Part shown: positions 1 through 13,085 of the stretch, piece by piece | Numbering within the stretch: the first letter of the stretch is position 1 | Layout: each line of letters opens with the position of its first letter | Assembly: GCF_009914755.1 (NCBI RefSeq) | Contig: NC_060932.1 | Direction: 5' to 3' (one strand) | Origin: the human T2T-CHM13v2.0 reference genome, Homo sapiens | DNA length: 64,000 bases | Notes under the pieces: model-generated | Database searches by the model: none | What the model was told of the DNA's origin: nothing | The model's input: only the letters and a program-made list of their open reading frames with translations | Translations under genes and position numbers: made by a program

Positions 1-2697
1 AAAACCCTAAGTGCCTTATTCACACCTCAAACAAGGTGCAGTTTACCCAAGGAGATGAGGCCAGTCCATCCTCCATGGGTCCCACAAACTACCCATTGCT
101 CCTCACCAGACAGTGAATGCCTAAATTGGCCAAAAGCACAGATCTTCCTTCCTGAGCTGACTGCACTGAGGGATTGCTGACCTACATCTCCCTGAGATGC
201 AACCCCCAGAAGACAAGCAAAAAGGTGGGGCAGCAAGCCAGCTCATGTGGTGCCCAGAGGGTTTGGCACAAGAGAATCTGTAGTTAAGTGTGGCCTGTGA
301 TGGCCATTTCTCTAGGCTCAACTTTCTCCCATAAGAGACTTCAGCACTAGGGGAACTGTTGGACCTAATTTCTGCAGGATGGTCTTGCAAATCAGAAGAA
401 CCTGGTCCAACTGAGCACTCCTTTGTCTGTTGGCCTCTCCCAGGGACCCAGTCTGGCTACAGATGCTGACAGGGCAGTCTCAGGTACCCTGGGAGCCCAT
501 ACCATAGCATCTGCACTGGTGGGCCGCACCTGATCCCTGAAGTGCTCCAGCAAGGCAGTCCCTATGACTGCACCAGCCCATATGTTTCCTCCCCATACTG
601 AAGGGGAAGCCCTGGCATCATGGCAACTCCCCACATTACTTTGCTGGCACATGTCTGCAAAGGAGGGTTTGGATTTGCTTGCCCCACCAGCAAATGGGAA
701 TGCAGTATGCCCCTGCCACCCTCAGTGACTGCCAATGGAGATGAAGCTTTGGTGGGCAGAGAGCCAGAAAGCCCCACCCCTACCTTTTTCCTAACACTTT
801 ATGGAGAATGGGGTATCCTTCCAGACACCTTCTTGGGAGGGCATAAAAAGCATCAAAATCTTCACTAGCCAGCATCCTGCCCCAAGCCAACACCACCTTT
901 AGTGCAACAATGCACAGTCTCCAGCATGTATCCCCACTCCCCTCCCAGCTGCTTTGCTCCTGCCACTGAGGTGAATGCCCAAAGACAGGCAGAAACCCCA
1001 TATCCACTAGCACTCTGCTGCAGTGGTGGCACTTTAGTCTTACACAGTGGCAGACTCCAAATATCAAGGAGCCATGGAAGACAGTTGGGGCTCAATACAA
1101 GTCCCCCAGAGTATGCAGCCTCTGAGTAGTGAGCTGAGCATTGCTTCCCCACCACCACACACAAAAAAATCTCCCAGGAACAAAGCAAGTTGGCTGAATC
1201 CACCTTATACCACAATCAAATATTCAAGAGCATCGAATAGGATGAAAAAAAACCAAAACCCCATTCAAAGGTCAGCAACCTCAAAGATATGCCCACAAAG
1301 ATGAGATTAAATCAGTGCAAAAATGTTTAAAACCCAAAAAGCCAGAGTAACTTCTTTAACCCAAATGACCAAATTATGTTTCCAGCAAGACCTAATATGT
1401 CAGAAGTAGAATTCAGAATATGGATAGAAATAAACTTCATTGAGCTACAAAAGTAAGTTGCAACCCAATTCAAGGAAGGGAAAAAATTGCAGGAACTGTC
1501 AGAAAAAAACAGCCAGTCTGGAGAAAAATGTGGCCAACCTGATAGATCTGAAAAACACAATACAAAAACTTTTTAATGTAATCACAAGTATTAACAGCAG
1601 AATAGGCCAAGCAGAGGAAAGAATCTCACAGCTTCAAGCCTGGATTTCTGAAATAAGACAGACAAGAATAGTGAAAAAAGAATAGACAGGAATGAACAAA
1701 ACCTCTATTAAATAAGGGATTATGTAAAGAAACCAAATCTGTGATTAAAGAGAGTGCCTGAAAGTGATGAGGAGAATGAAAACAACTTGAAATACATATT
1801 TCAGGATATCATCCATGAGAACTTTCCCAACCTAGATACAGAGGCCAACATTCAAGTGCAGGAAATGTGGAGAACCCCAGTAAGATACCCCATGAAAAGT
1901 TCATCCCCAAGATATATAATCATGAGATTCTCCAAGGTCAAAATGGAAGAAAAAAATGTGTTAAAGGCAGCTAGAGAGAAAGGGGAGGTCACCTCTAAAA
2001 ATAGCCCATCAGACAAACAACAAACCTTTCAGCTGAAATCCGACAAGTCAAAAGAGATTAGGGGCCAATATTCAACATTCTTAAAAAAAGAATTTCAACC
2101 CAGAATGTCATATCTGACCAAAGTAAGCTTCACAACTAAAAAATAAATATAATTCTATTCAGATTAGCAAACACTGAAGAGATCTGTTACCACAAGACCT
2201 GCCTCACAAGAGCTTCTGAAGAAAGCATTAAATAAGAAAAAGACTATTACCACTCACTACAAAACGACAGTGAAGTACAACTGTAGACACTATAAAGCAA
2301 CCATGTAAACAACTGCGCAAAATAGCCAGCTAAGATTACTTGTAGTGACAGAATCAAATCCACACATCTGAATACTAACCTTAAATGTAAATGGGCTGAA
2401 TGCCCCAGTTAAAAGAGTGGCAAGCTGAATAAAGAATCAAGATCTAATGGTAGGCAGTAATCGAGACACCCACCTCAAATAAGTTCAAAATAAAGGGAAA
2501 AAGAAAAAACCTACCAAGCAAATATAAAACAGAAAAAAACAGGGGTTGCAATCCTAGTTTCTGGCAAAACAGACTTTAAATCAACATAGATTTTTTAAAA
2601 AAGACAAAGAAGGGCATTCCATAATAGTAAAAGTCTATATATGCACCCAACACAAAAGCATCCAGATTATAAAGCAAGTTCTTAGAGACCCTCCAAG
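1..2697 (+). mobile_element. Old primate L1 (L1PA13-16/L1P4-like): 5'UTR, decayed ORF1 and start of ORF2 endonuclease, truncated at the 3' end
   Basis: ORF 1754-2146 (…IFQDIIHENFPNL…IMRFSKVKMEEK…LKAAREKG) is L1 ORF1-like. 2345-2697 matches the ORF2 N-terminus (accttaaatgtaaatgggct…gcacccaacac…aagcaagttcttagagacc). L1 sequence stops abruptly at ~2697. Confidence 0.85.
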
Positions 2698-2717
2698 ATG
2701 TTAAGTTAAATGTTCTT

Positions 2718-3863
<1,146 letters not shown>

Positions 3864-4169
3864 CTGAAGAAATACAGAACAACAAAATTTCTCCTTCACT
3901 GGACTCAGGTGAATACACTTTACAAGTATATAATTATACAAAGCATATTAGGAAGGTGACAGTAAAATACCACAGGCTCTAATTCCTTTATAGACATATA
4001 AACTTAACAGAAATATACTGATAAAAATGCCTTTGTGAAAAGTCTAAGAACCAGATAAACCTTTGCAGGACCCTAAGTGAGCAAAATGCCAAGAACCACA
4101 TAGTAGTATATTAAAAGTGTTCCATAGTTACCCACCACAGCCATTCTTTATCCTATCATGACTTTACAT

Positions 4170-4350
4170 GCGTAGAGGCAGGTGCCTGTAATCCCAGCTA
4201 CTTGGGAGGCTGAGGCAGGAGAATTGCTTGAACTTGGGAGTTAGAGGTTGCAGTGGGCCAAGATTGTGCCATTGCACTCCAGCCTTGGCAACAAGAGTGA
4301 AATTCCAACTCAAAAAAAAAAAAAAAAGAAAGAGAAAAAGAAAAATAAAA
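4170..4350 (+). mobile_element. Alu right monomer (AluS-type fragment) with A-rich tail
   Basis: gcctgtaatcccagctacttgggaggctgaggcaggagaattgcttgaac…gcactccagcc followed by poly-A. Confidence 0.9.
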
Positions 4351-4379
4351 AACATTTGGAATCTTTTTTTTAACTAAAA

Positions 4380-6203
4380 AATACACAAATCCAGAGAAAA
4401 CATCCAGAGAACAGGCTTGAGAGACTGTAAGAATCTCTAGCCTAAAAAATTGGCATAATATTCCCACAGACAAAAGCCACTTAATAAAGATTTTGATATG
4501 TGGCTTTTTATTATACAAATTGCAACCTAAGATTACAACATATACAAAACATAAAGAAAATATGGCTCAATCAAAGATAAAAATGAATATCCAGAAATCA
4601 ATTATAAAAAAAGGAGATTTAAAAATTACCTGAGACATTTTGAATTAAAGTCTATACATATTAAAAAAAAATTACCCTAAAAATCCAAAGTTACCATCTC
4701 AGTGATGCTCAATGAGTAAAATGGAAATAAAGAAAACAAAATGAAATAACAAAAATGAAACCAAACCATAAAATAAAAACCACAAAAAGAAATAAAAATT
4801 GTGGAGTATAAGTACAAAAAAGAATAATATGCACTTCAACATTAGTAAAAAAATATAAGAAAATCAAGAGCTCAGCAAATTTCAACTAAGATTAACACAA
4901 AGAGATTTCTAATAAGACACAATGTAAGCAATGTATTGAAAGTCACAGAGAAGTAGAGAATGTGGAAAGCAGGAAGAAAAAAGAGATGCGTTATTTGTGT
5001 GCAAGCTTCTGCAAGGTTACCAGTAAATGTATGAACATAATTCTTTCAGGCAAGAAAGGAGTAGAAAGGCATAGTTAAAACACCGAAAAAGAAAGTCTAA
5101 GCAAGAATACTATATCCAGCAAAAGTATCCTTCAAAATGAAAATAACAGTCTAACTATATCATGACCTATATCAAGATCTAACTATGTCATGTTTTCAAG
5201 AGACTCACTTCATATCTAATAAAAAATATAGATGGAAAATGGTAGGATGAGAAATACTTTCCATGCAAGCGTTAACCAGATGAGAGAAGAAGAGGCAATA
5301 ATTTAAAACAGTCCTATTTCATGTAATTTACTTTAAGTCAAAATTCACAAAAGAAAAAGTAGGATATTCAATTATAGTAAGAGGGTTCATTTACTGAGAA
5401 CCTACAAATATATGACATTTTTCCCAAACACATAAAGCAAACATTGACAGAACTGAGGCAAAAATAGACAGCAATATAATAATGGAAGGATACATCAATA
5501 TCCCACTTTCAGTAATAAATAAAGCACAATAGAATATCAATACAGGAACAAGAAACTTGAATGCACTGTACAATAATTACACCTAACAAATGTATACAGA
5601 CAACAGAATACACATTATTTTCAATAGCTCATAAAACGTTTTCCTAGATGGACCACCTGTGACACCACAAAAGAAGCCTTAACAATATTTTAATTGAAAT
5701 TTTACAGACAATTTTTATAACCCATAAGGAATGGAAATAGAAATCAGTAACAGAAGAAAAGCTGAAAAATTCAAAATGCAAAAATTAAACAGCACACCAG
5801 GTTCAAGTGATTCCCCTGCCTCAGCCTCCTGAGTAGCTGGGACTACAGGCATGCACCACCATGCCAATCTAAGTTTTTGTATTGTAGTAGAGATGAGGTT
5901 TCACCATATTGGCCAGGTTGGTCTCAGTCTCCTGACCTTGCCATGCACCCTCCTTGGCCTCCCAAAATGCTGAGATTACAGGCATGAGCCACTATGCCCA
6001 GATAACAACACACTTTTGAGCATGCTCTTTTTCAAGGGAACATGAAAAACCTCACAATCTTTAAAAAGAAAAAAAATATTGGAAACATTACATTTAACAA
6101 TTTACAAACATAAATAAACCTTCAGTAATCAAAGCACTTTGGTACTGTTATAAAGGTAGAACACCAAAGTAATGAAACAGAATGCAGCACAGATATAAAC
6201 TCT
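4380..6203 (+). mobile_element. Highly decayed L1M fragments (former ZNF intron)
   Basis: A-rich sequence with L1 ORF1/ORF2 remnants, e.g. agaatactatatccagcaaaagtatccttcaaaatgaa and gcaaacattgacagaactga…aatagacagcaatataataat. Confidence 0.6.
5798..6001 (-). mobile_element. Alu fragment lacking its 3' end and tail
   Basis: Reverse-complement Alu (gcctcagcctcctgagtagctgggactacagg…ggcctcccaaaatgctgagattacaggcatgagccac). Confidence 0.88.
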
Positions 6204-7619
6204 TTACTAGAGAGAAGAAACATACCACCTAGGTTTTGCATTCAGCCGTATGTCACAATTCCTTCAGTAAGCAGGACGCAGGCAGGAGAGAAGAGTTACA
6301 TTACCTAGACACTAGTTTCAGCGATATTTCAAAATGCCTTCTAGGGGCAGGGCACAGGCTGGAGAAACACATCACCTAGCTTAGAGGCCAAGAGATGTGT
6401 GATAATATCCCCTATTGACAGGGCCCAGGCAGAAGAGTCACACTATTATGATTATTACCTAGCAATATGTAACAATGCACCCATGGAAAGGAATTTGAGC
6501 CAAAAAGTCTCAACACCTGGGTATGAGGCCCAGTGATATGACACAATCTCCTCATCTTTGAGGGTGACACCTTTAACTTTTAGCTCAGCATGTATGTTAG
6601 AGTCACAATCTTACATGTGTGCTGGGCCAATGTAAGACACTCTCTACAACATCTGAGGGCTGCATAAAACCTGCATGAGAGTTGGAAACCTCTCTGAGGC
6701 CTACGTGCTTGTATGGACTCACAGTCTTACATATTGCCCTAAACCCAGGTTTGATAGTCAACATCTCTCTTATAGGCAGGGCTAAGAAAGAAGACCCCTT
6801 ATTATGCCACTGGGCTGCTTCCAGAAATGAGTCACCATTCCACCTGTGGCCAGATCCATCTGTAAAAGCCACATTTCCAACATTCTACTCTATTCCTCTG
6901 TTAGACTCAGGCCCTCAAGAGTGGGCATTGTAAATGTGGTATGGTGACAACTTTTAATTTCACCTGGGTGTGTAACGGAGAGTCCCAATCTGAACATTTT
7001 GCTGGGCCCTGTTATGAAACTCTCTACCACCAAAGAGTTTATATAATATAAGTTAGTATGTCATAATCCCATTTGTGGGCAAAAAAACCAACGAGAAGGT
7101 TAACATCACTTAGGTGCTATACCAAGCAATATGTCAAGATGTTTTCTCTTGGCAGTGCCTAGCAAATAGGTTCACATTAACTGGGGGCTGGAGCAAGCAA
7201 TATGATACAAACACACCTGGAAGAAACACAGCAAAGTGATAAGAGACAAAACACCTACAAAATGGGCCAAAGATATGTCAAAATACCTTCTGTGGCTCTG
7301 AAACTAACAGCAGAGTCACATCATTAGGGTGCTGGGCCAAGCAATTTGCTACAATTACCTCTTTATGCATGACCTAGGCAGAAGAGTAACATCACCCAGG
7401 TGCTGGGCTCTGAAATACAGCAAAAGTCCTGTTCATGGGCATTGTTCAGCAACAAAATGAGAGTCACATTACCTAAATGCTGGGCTCATCAATATGTCAC
7501 AATCTTTCCATTGTAAAGGCCCAGATAGAAGAGAGTCACATCACTTAGGTCATGGGCTCAAAGATATGGCCCAATGTCACCAGTAGGCAAGGCTCAGGGA
7601 GAAAAAGACAGTCATATCA

Positions 7620-7854
<235 letters not shown>

Positions 7855-8342
7855 TCACCTAGGTGCTTCTTTAGGTATATGTCACAATTTAATATGTGGA
7901 TGGAAAACAGGCTGAAGAGCCACATCACGTAGTACTGGGTCCTGAGATATTCCCAAGTCCTCCTTAAAAAAGGACCCAGGCAAGAGAGTAACATCACCTA
8001 GGTGCAGTTTCTACCCTTATGTCACAATGCTACATGTGGGCAGGGCCAAGCAGGAAGTCACATCACCTAGGTGATAGGCCCAGAGATACATCACAAAGCC
8101 TTCCTTAAAGCATGGCCCAGGCAAAAGAGTACCTTTGTGCCTGGCCTAGCAATATGTAACTATTCAAGCAGGCACATCCAAGCAGAAGAACCATATCACC
8201 TACATGATAGGCCCTGTGATACATCAAAATCCCTCTTTTGGGCATGGCCCTGGCATGAGAGTATCATCACCTGTGTGCCTGGCCTAGGAATATGTCACTA
8301 TTTTTCACTTTGTAAGGGCCCATTCCAGAGAGGAGAGTTATG

Positions 8343-8856
8343 TGTTGGGAACAGGCCTCCCAAAATCTGGCCATAAACTGGCTCCAAAACTGGCCATAAA
8401 CAAAATATCTGCAGCACTCTGACATGTTAATGATGGCTATGATGCCCATGCTGGAAGGTTGTGGGTTTACCAGAATGAAGGCAAGGAATGCCTGGCCCAC
8501 CCAGGGTGGAAAACTGCTTAAAGGTGGTTTTTAAACCACAAACAATAGCATGAGCGATCTGTGCCTTAAGGACATGCTCCTGCTACAGATAACTAGCCAG
8601 ACTCATCCCTTTATTTGGTGCATCCCTTTATTTCCCATAAGAAATACTTTTAGTTAATCTATAATCTATAAAAACAATGTTTATCACTGGCTTGCTGTCA
8701 ATAAATAACGTGGTTAAATCTCTGTTCAAGGCTCTCAGCTCTGAAGGCTGTGAGACCCCTGATTTCCCACTCCACACCTCTATATTTCTGTGTGTGTGTC
8801 TTTAATTCCTCTAGCGTCACTGGGTTAGGGTCTCCCCAAACAAGCTGGTCTCGGCA
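8343..8856 (+). mobile_element. 5' LTR (MER9)
   Basis: tgttgggaacagg…aaactggccataaac…gctggtctcggca with TG…CA termini and AATAAA near 8700. Confidence 0.92.
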
Positions 8857-9002
8857 ATTGGCATCCATCATACGGGCTGGAATCCAGGTTGAAGGGTCAC
8901 CTGATAAATGGTTGGAGAATGTGGAACAAAGCTGGAGGACACCAGAGTACTCTTAAGCGATCTGCGTGGTAAGAAGGGGAGTTCAGAAGCATCAAGGTAA
9001 CA

Positions 9003-9600
9003 ATGGGACAAGTATGAGCTCTGGTTCATTCCACCTTGGAACTTTTTCACACTGATGATGAGGAGGAAGGAGAGTATAACAAAGTAACAGAGCAGGTTTG
9101 TTTGCCAGCTAAACCTAAAGCAGCAAAGGAGGAAGAGGTTTATCCCTACACTTCTGCACCCTGTCATTATTATTTTGAAGAAAAACAGTGGCCTGGCCCT
9201 CCAGATATTTCTTTTCTGGAGGACACTGGGTGAAAAGTAGTTGCCGCAGGGACAGTTTGAGCAGCACCTTGAGCGACCGCTCTCAGTTCTATTCAGACAG
9301 GAATCCAGCAAGCTAGATGAGACGGTGATATAGAGGCTTGGCAGTTCCTTGTTAGAATGCACCCCCCCAGATCAACAGGGAAATTTTATAGCTACATTTA
9401 AGCCTTTTCCTTTTAAATTACTCAAAGAATTTGAACAAGCTCTTCATACTAAAAAAGAATGTAGAATAAATCAGCTAGTCAGGCTGCCAGATAGGGGAAA
9501 AAAGAAAACTGCTGAGCCTGAAATATTTCCAAAAGGTAGTAAAGGAAAACATTAGGCTAATCAGTGTCACTCTAAGTTTGATAAAGATGGGAACCCAATT
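9003..9600 (+). pseudogene. gag: HML-3 gag remnant (capsid largely deleted, NC zinc-knuckle remnant)
   Basis: ATG GGA CAA start at 9003. …FPFKLLKEFEQA is fused at ~9441 to HTKKECR…KGKH*ANQCH. Multiple stops. Confidence 0.75.
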
Positions 9601-10529
9601 TTGGGAAATGCCATGAGGGGCCCATCCTGGACCCCATTCCAAACTGGGGCATTTCTGGCTCAGGCCATTCCCTCACACCTGTACCATGTCTGTCCCCTGC
9701 CACAGCCGGTAGTGCCACAGTAGATTTATGCTGTACAAAAGCTGTGAGCCTTCTGCCTGGGGATCCCCTGCAAAAGGTCCCAACAGAAGTCTGTGGACCC
9801 TTGCCAGTGAGGACAATAGGATTACTTCTAGGAAGGTCTAGTTTAAATTTAAAAGGGGTACAAATATAAACAGGAGTCATTGATTCAGATTATAATGGAG
9901 AAATTCAAATTGTGATATCTACTTCTGTTCCCTGGAAAGCAGAGCCAGGAGAGCGTATAGCACAGCTCCTGATTGTGCCATATGTGGAAATAGGGAAAAG
10001 TGAAATTAAATGAACAGGAGGATTTGGAAGCACAAACAAACAAGGCAAAGCAGCTTATTGGGTAAATCAAATTACTGATAAACATCCTACCTATGAAATA
10101 ACTACTCAGGAAAACAAATTTAAAGTTTTGGTAGATACAGGAGCAGACATTTCAATCATTTCTCTACAGCACTGGCTGTCCACATGGCCAATTCAACCCA
10201 CTCAATTTAACATAGTTGGGGTTGGTAAAGCCCCTGAAGTATATCAAAGTAGCTACATTTTGCATTGTGAAGGGACCAATGGACAACCTGGAACTATTCA
10301 ACCAATTATAACTTCTGTACCTATAAATCTATGGGGGAGAGATTTATTACAGCAATGGGAAGCACAAGTTCTAATTCCAGAACAATTGTATAGCCCTCAA
10401 AGTCAACATATGATGCATGAAATGGGGTATATCCCTGGTATTGGACTAGGAAAAAATTTGCAAGTTTTGAAAGAACCACTTCAAGAGGAAAGACAAAGTT
10501 CCCGCCAAGGTTTAGGATATCATTTTTGA
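9600..10529 (+). pseudogene. pro: HML-3 dUTPase-protease remnant
   Basis: dUTPase motifs (GRSSLNLKG…GVIDSDYNGEI…IAQL…GGFGST) and ORF 10128-10529 with DTGAD active site, INLWGRDLL and a G-patch-like C-terminus (MGYIPGIGLGK). Confidence 0.88.
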
Positions 10530-11480
10530 TAGCGGCCATTGTTAAGCCTCCAGAAACTATACTTTAAAATGGTTAACAGATAAACCAATTTGGATAGAAC
10601 AATGGCCACTGAGTAAACAGAAACTGGAGGCTTTAGAGGAATTAGTTACTAAACAATTAAAAAATGGGCACATAGCTCCAACATTTTCCCCTCGGAATTC
10701 TCCAGTTTTGGGAATTAAGAAAAAATCAGGTAAATGGAGAATGTTAACTGACTTAAGAGCCATCAATTCAGTTATACAACCTATGGGAGCATTACAGCCA
10801 GGATTGCCTTCTCCTAATTCCAAAAAATTGGCCTTTAATTGTCATAAATTTAAAAGATTGTTTCTTTACTATCCCCTTAGCTGAGCAAGACTGTGGACGG
10901 TTTGCATTTACAATTCCTGTGGTAAACAACCTGCAGCCTGCTGAGCATTTTCATTGTTTCACAGATGGATCTAGTAATTGTAAAGCTTCTTATTCTGGAT
11001 CAAAAGGTAAAGTTTTCCAGACACCCTATACTTCAGCTCAAAAAGCGGAGCTTGTAGCTGTAATTGAGGTACTGACTGCTTTTGATATGCCTATTAATGT
11101 GATTTCTGATTCTTCATACGTGGTTCATTCCACACAGTTAATTGAAAATGCTCAGTTACCATTTCATACAGGCAAACAACTGATGACTTTATTTACCCAA
11201 TTACAAAGAGCAGTTAGGAATAGAATGCACCCTTTTTACATCACTCACATTAGGGCTCATACACCTTTTCCAGGACCTTTAACTAAAGGGAATCAAATGG
11301 CTGATTGCCTGGTAACTAATGCAATCCAATAACAAAAATTTGGAAAATAGGTAAAATAATAACTTGGGGTAGGAGTTATTCTTGTGTTTCTCCAGGACTG
11401 AATCAACAGCCAATTTGGATACCAACAAGACACCTAAAACCTTATCATGAGCCAGATGTTGAGGAAAAGATTCCAGGAGG
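10530..11480 (+). pseudogene. pol: HML-3 pol remnant: RT N-terminus fused to RNase H, plus integrase C-terminus only
   Basis: [15 protein letters not shown]…[16 protein letters not shown]…FAFTIP, then directly FTDGSS…[10 protein letters not shown]…SDSSY…HIRAHT…GNQMAD, then …[16 protein letters not shown]. Confidence 0.88.
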
Positions 11481-11504
11481 ATCCTGAGGATCCCCTAGTT
11501 ACAG

Positions 11505-12560
11505 CCATGTTGAGACTGACACCGAGGAAGACCCCAACTGTCATGAGCAACACCCGTTGAACACAGCCACCAACCTGGGGACAGATCAAGAAGCTGTCAC
11601 AGATGGCAGGAAAAAAAACTGAGAAAAGCAGGACAGCCAGTCACAATGAGTAATTTAATGGTAGCTATGATAGTAATGATCACCATTGCCATGTGTATTC
11701 CTTAAACAAGGGCTGACACAGAGAACAATTATACTAACTGGGCATATTTATTAATCTTGGCTGGTAATAATGCCTGAATGTAATCACTCCATGACACAGT
11801 TACACATGCTTTCTGGTCTCAGTATTTACCATAATAAATCTGCTCCTATAATTGAGGCATACCGCCCTCAAAAACCTATTTGTAAACAGGATTGGACCCA
11901 GTTAGAAATAATGAACGTACTTGTTTAGGAAGACTACATTACAGAACAGGCAGAGGTGCTGCACAGTGATTCCTATGGAATCATTATTGATTGGTCCCCT
12001 AAGGGGATGTTTAGCTTGAATTACACCTCTCAGTCTGCGTGCCATGGCCACACTATGTTCAGCTGGTCTGAACAAAATGGTCAGATGGTAGAAATGATAA
12101 GAAGTATGGCAAGAGTTTCTGTTATCTGGAACCATGGCAGTATAGTGGCACCTCAACCTCAAATGATATGGCCCTTTGTAGGAGCTAAACATAAGGATTT
12201 GTGGAAACTATTAATAGCTCTTAATAAGATCAAAATTTAGGAAAGAATAAAAAAGCATCTAGAGGGGCACTCTACAAACTTGTTTTTGGATATTACAAAG
12301 TTTAAAAAACAAATATTTAATGTGTCCCAGGCAAACCTGACCTTAATGCCAGGAACTGGAGTGCTTAAAGGAGCTGCAGACAAATTAGCACCTAGTAACC
12401 CATTAAAATGAATAAAAACACTTGGAAGCTCTGTGATTTCAATAACGATTGTACTTTTAATCTGAGTTGTTTGTCTTTGTATAGTCTGCAGATGCAGATC
12501 CCAACTCCTGTGAGAACACCGTGATGAAGCTGCCTTTGCTTTTATCACTTTGCAAATCAA
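11505..12560 (+). pseudogene. env: HML-3 env remnant (internally deleted)
   Basis: TWGQIKKL signal-region motif, SU-like ORF 11956-12240 (YGIIIDWSPKG…), TM-like tail, many stops. Confidence 0.75.
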
Positions 12561-12572
12561 AGAAGGAGGACA

Positions 12573-13085
12573 TGTTGGGAACAAGCCCCCCAAAATCTGG
12601 CCATAAACTGGCCTTAAAACTGGCCATAAACAAAATATCTGCAGCACTCTGACATATTAATGATGGCTATGACACCCACGCTGGAAGGTTGTGGGTTTAC
12701 CAGAATGAAGACAAGGAACACCTGGCCCACCCAGGGTGGAAAACTGCTTAAAGTCATTCTTAAACGACGAACAATATAGCATGAGCGATCTATGCCTTAA
12801 GGACATGCTCCTGCTACAGATAACTAGCTAGACTCATCCCTTTATTTTGGCCCATCTCTTTATTTCCCATAAGAAATACTTTTAGTTAATCTATAATCTA
12901 TAAGAACAATGCTTATCACTGGCTCACTGTCAATAAATATGTGAGTAAATCTCTGTTCGAGGCTCTCAGCTCTGAAGGCTGTGAGACTCCTGATTTCCCA
13001 CTCCACACCTCTATATTTCTGTGTGTGTCTTTAATTCCTCTAGCACCACTGGGCTAGGGTCTCCCTGACCGAGCTGGTCTTGACA
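12573..13085 (+). mobile_element. 3' LTR (MER9)
   Basis: Direct repeat of 8343-8856 (about 9 mismatches in the first ~115 bp by eye), preceded by the purine tract aagaaggaggaca. Confidence 0.92.

Larger units (their letters stand above)
8343..13085 (+). mobile_element. HERV-K(HML-3)/HERVK9 provirus with MER9 LTRs, internally deleted (4.74 kb)
   Basis: Two ~513-bp direct LTRs, a 6-bp TSD gttatg (8337-8342, 13086-13091), a PBS-like tggcatccatcatacgggct after the 5'LTR, a purine tract before the 3'LTR, and betaretroviral gag/dUTPase-pro/pol/env remnants. Confidence 0.93.
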
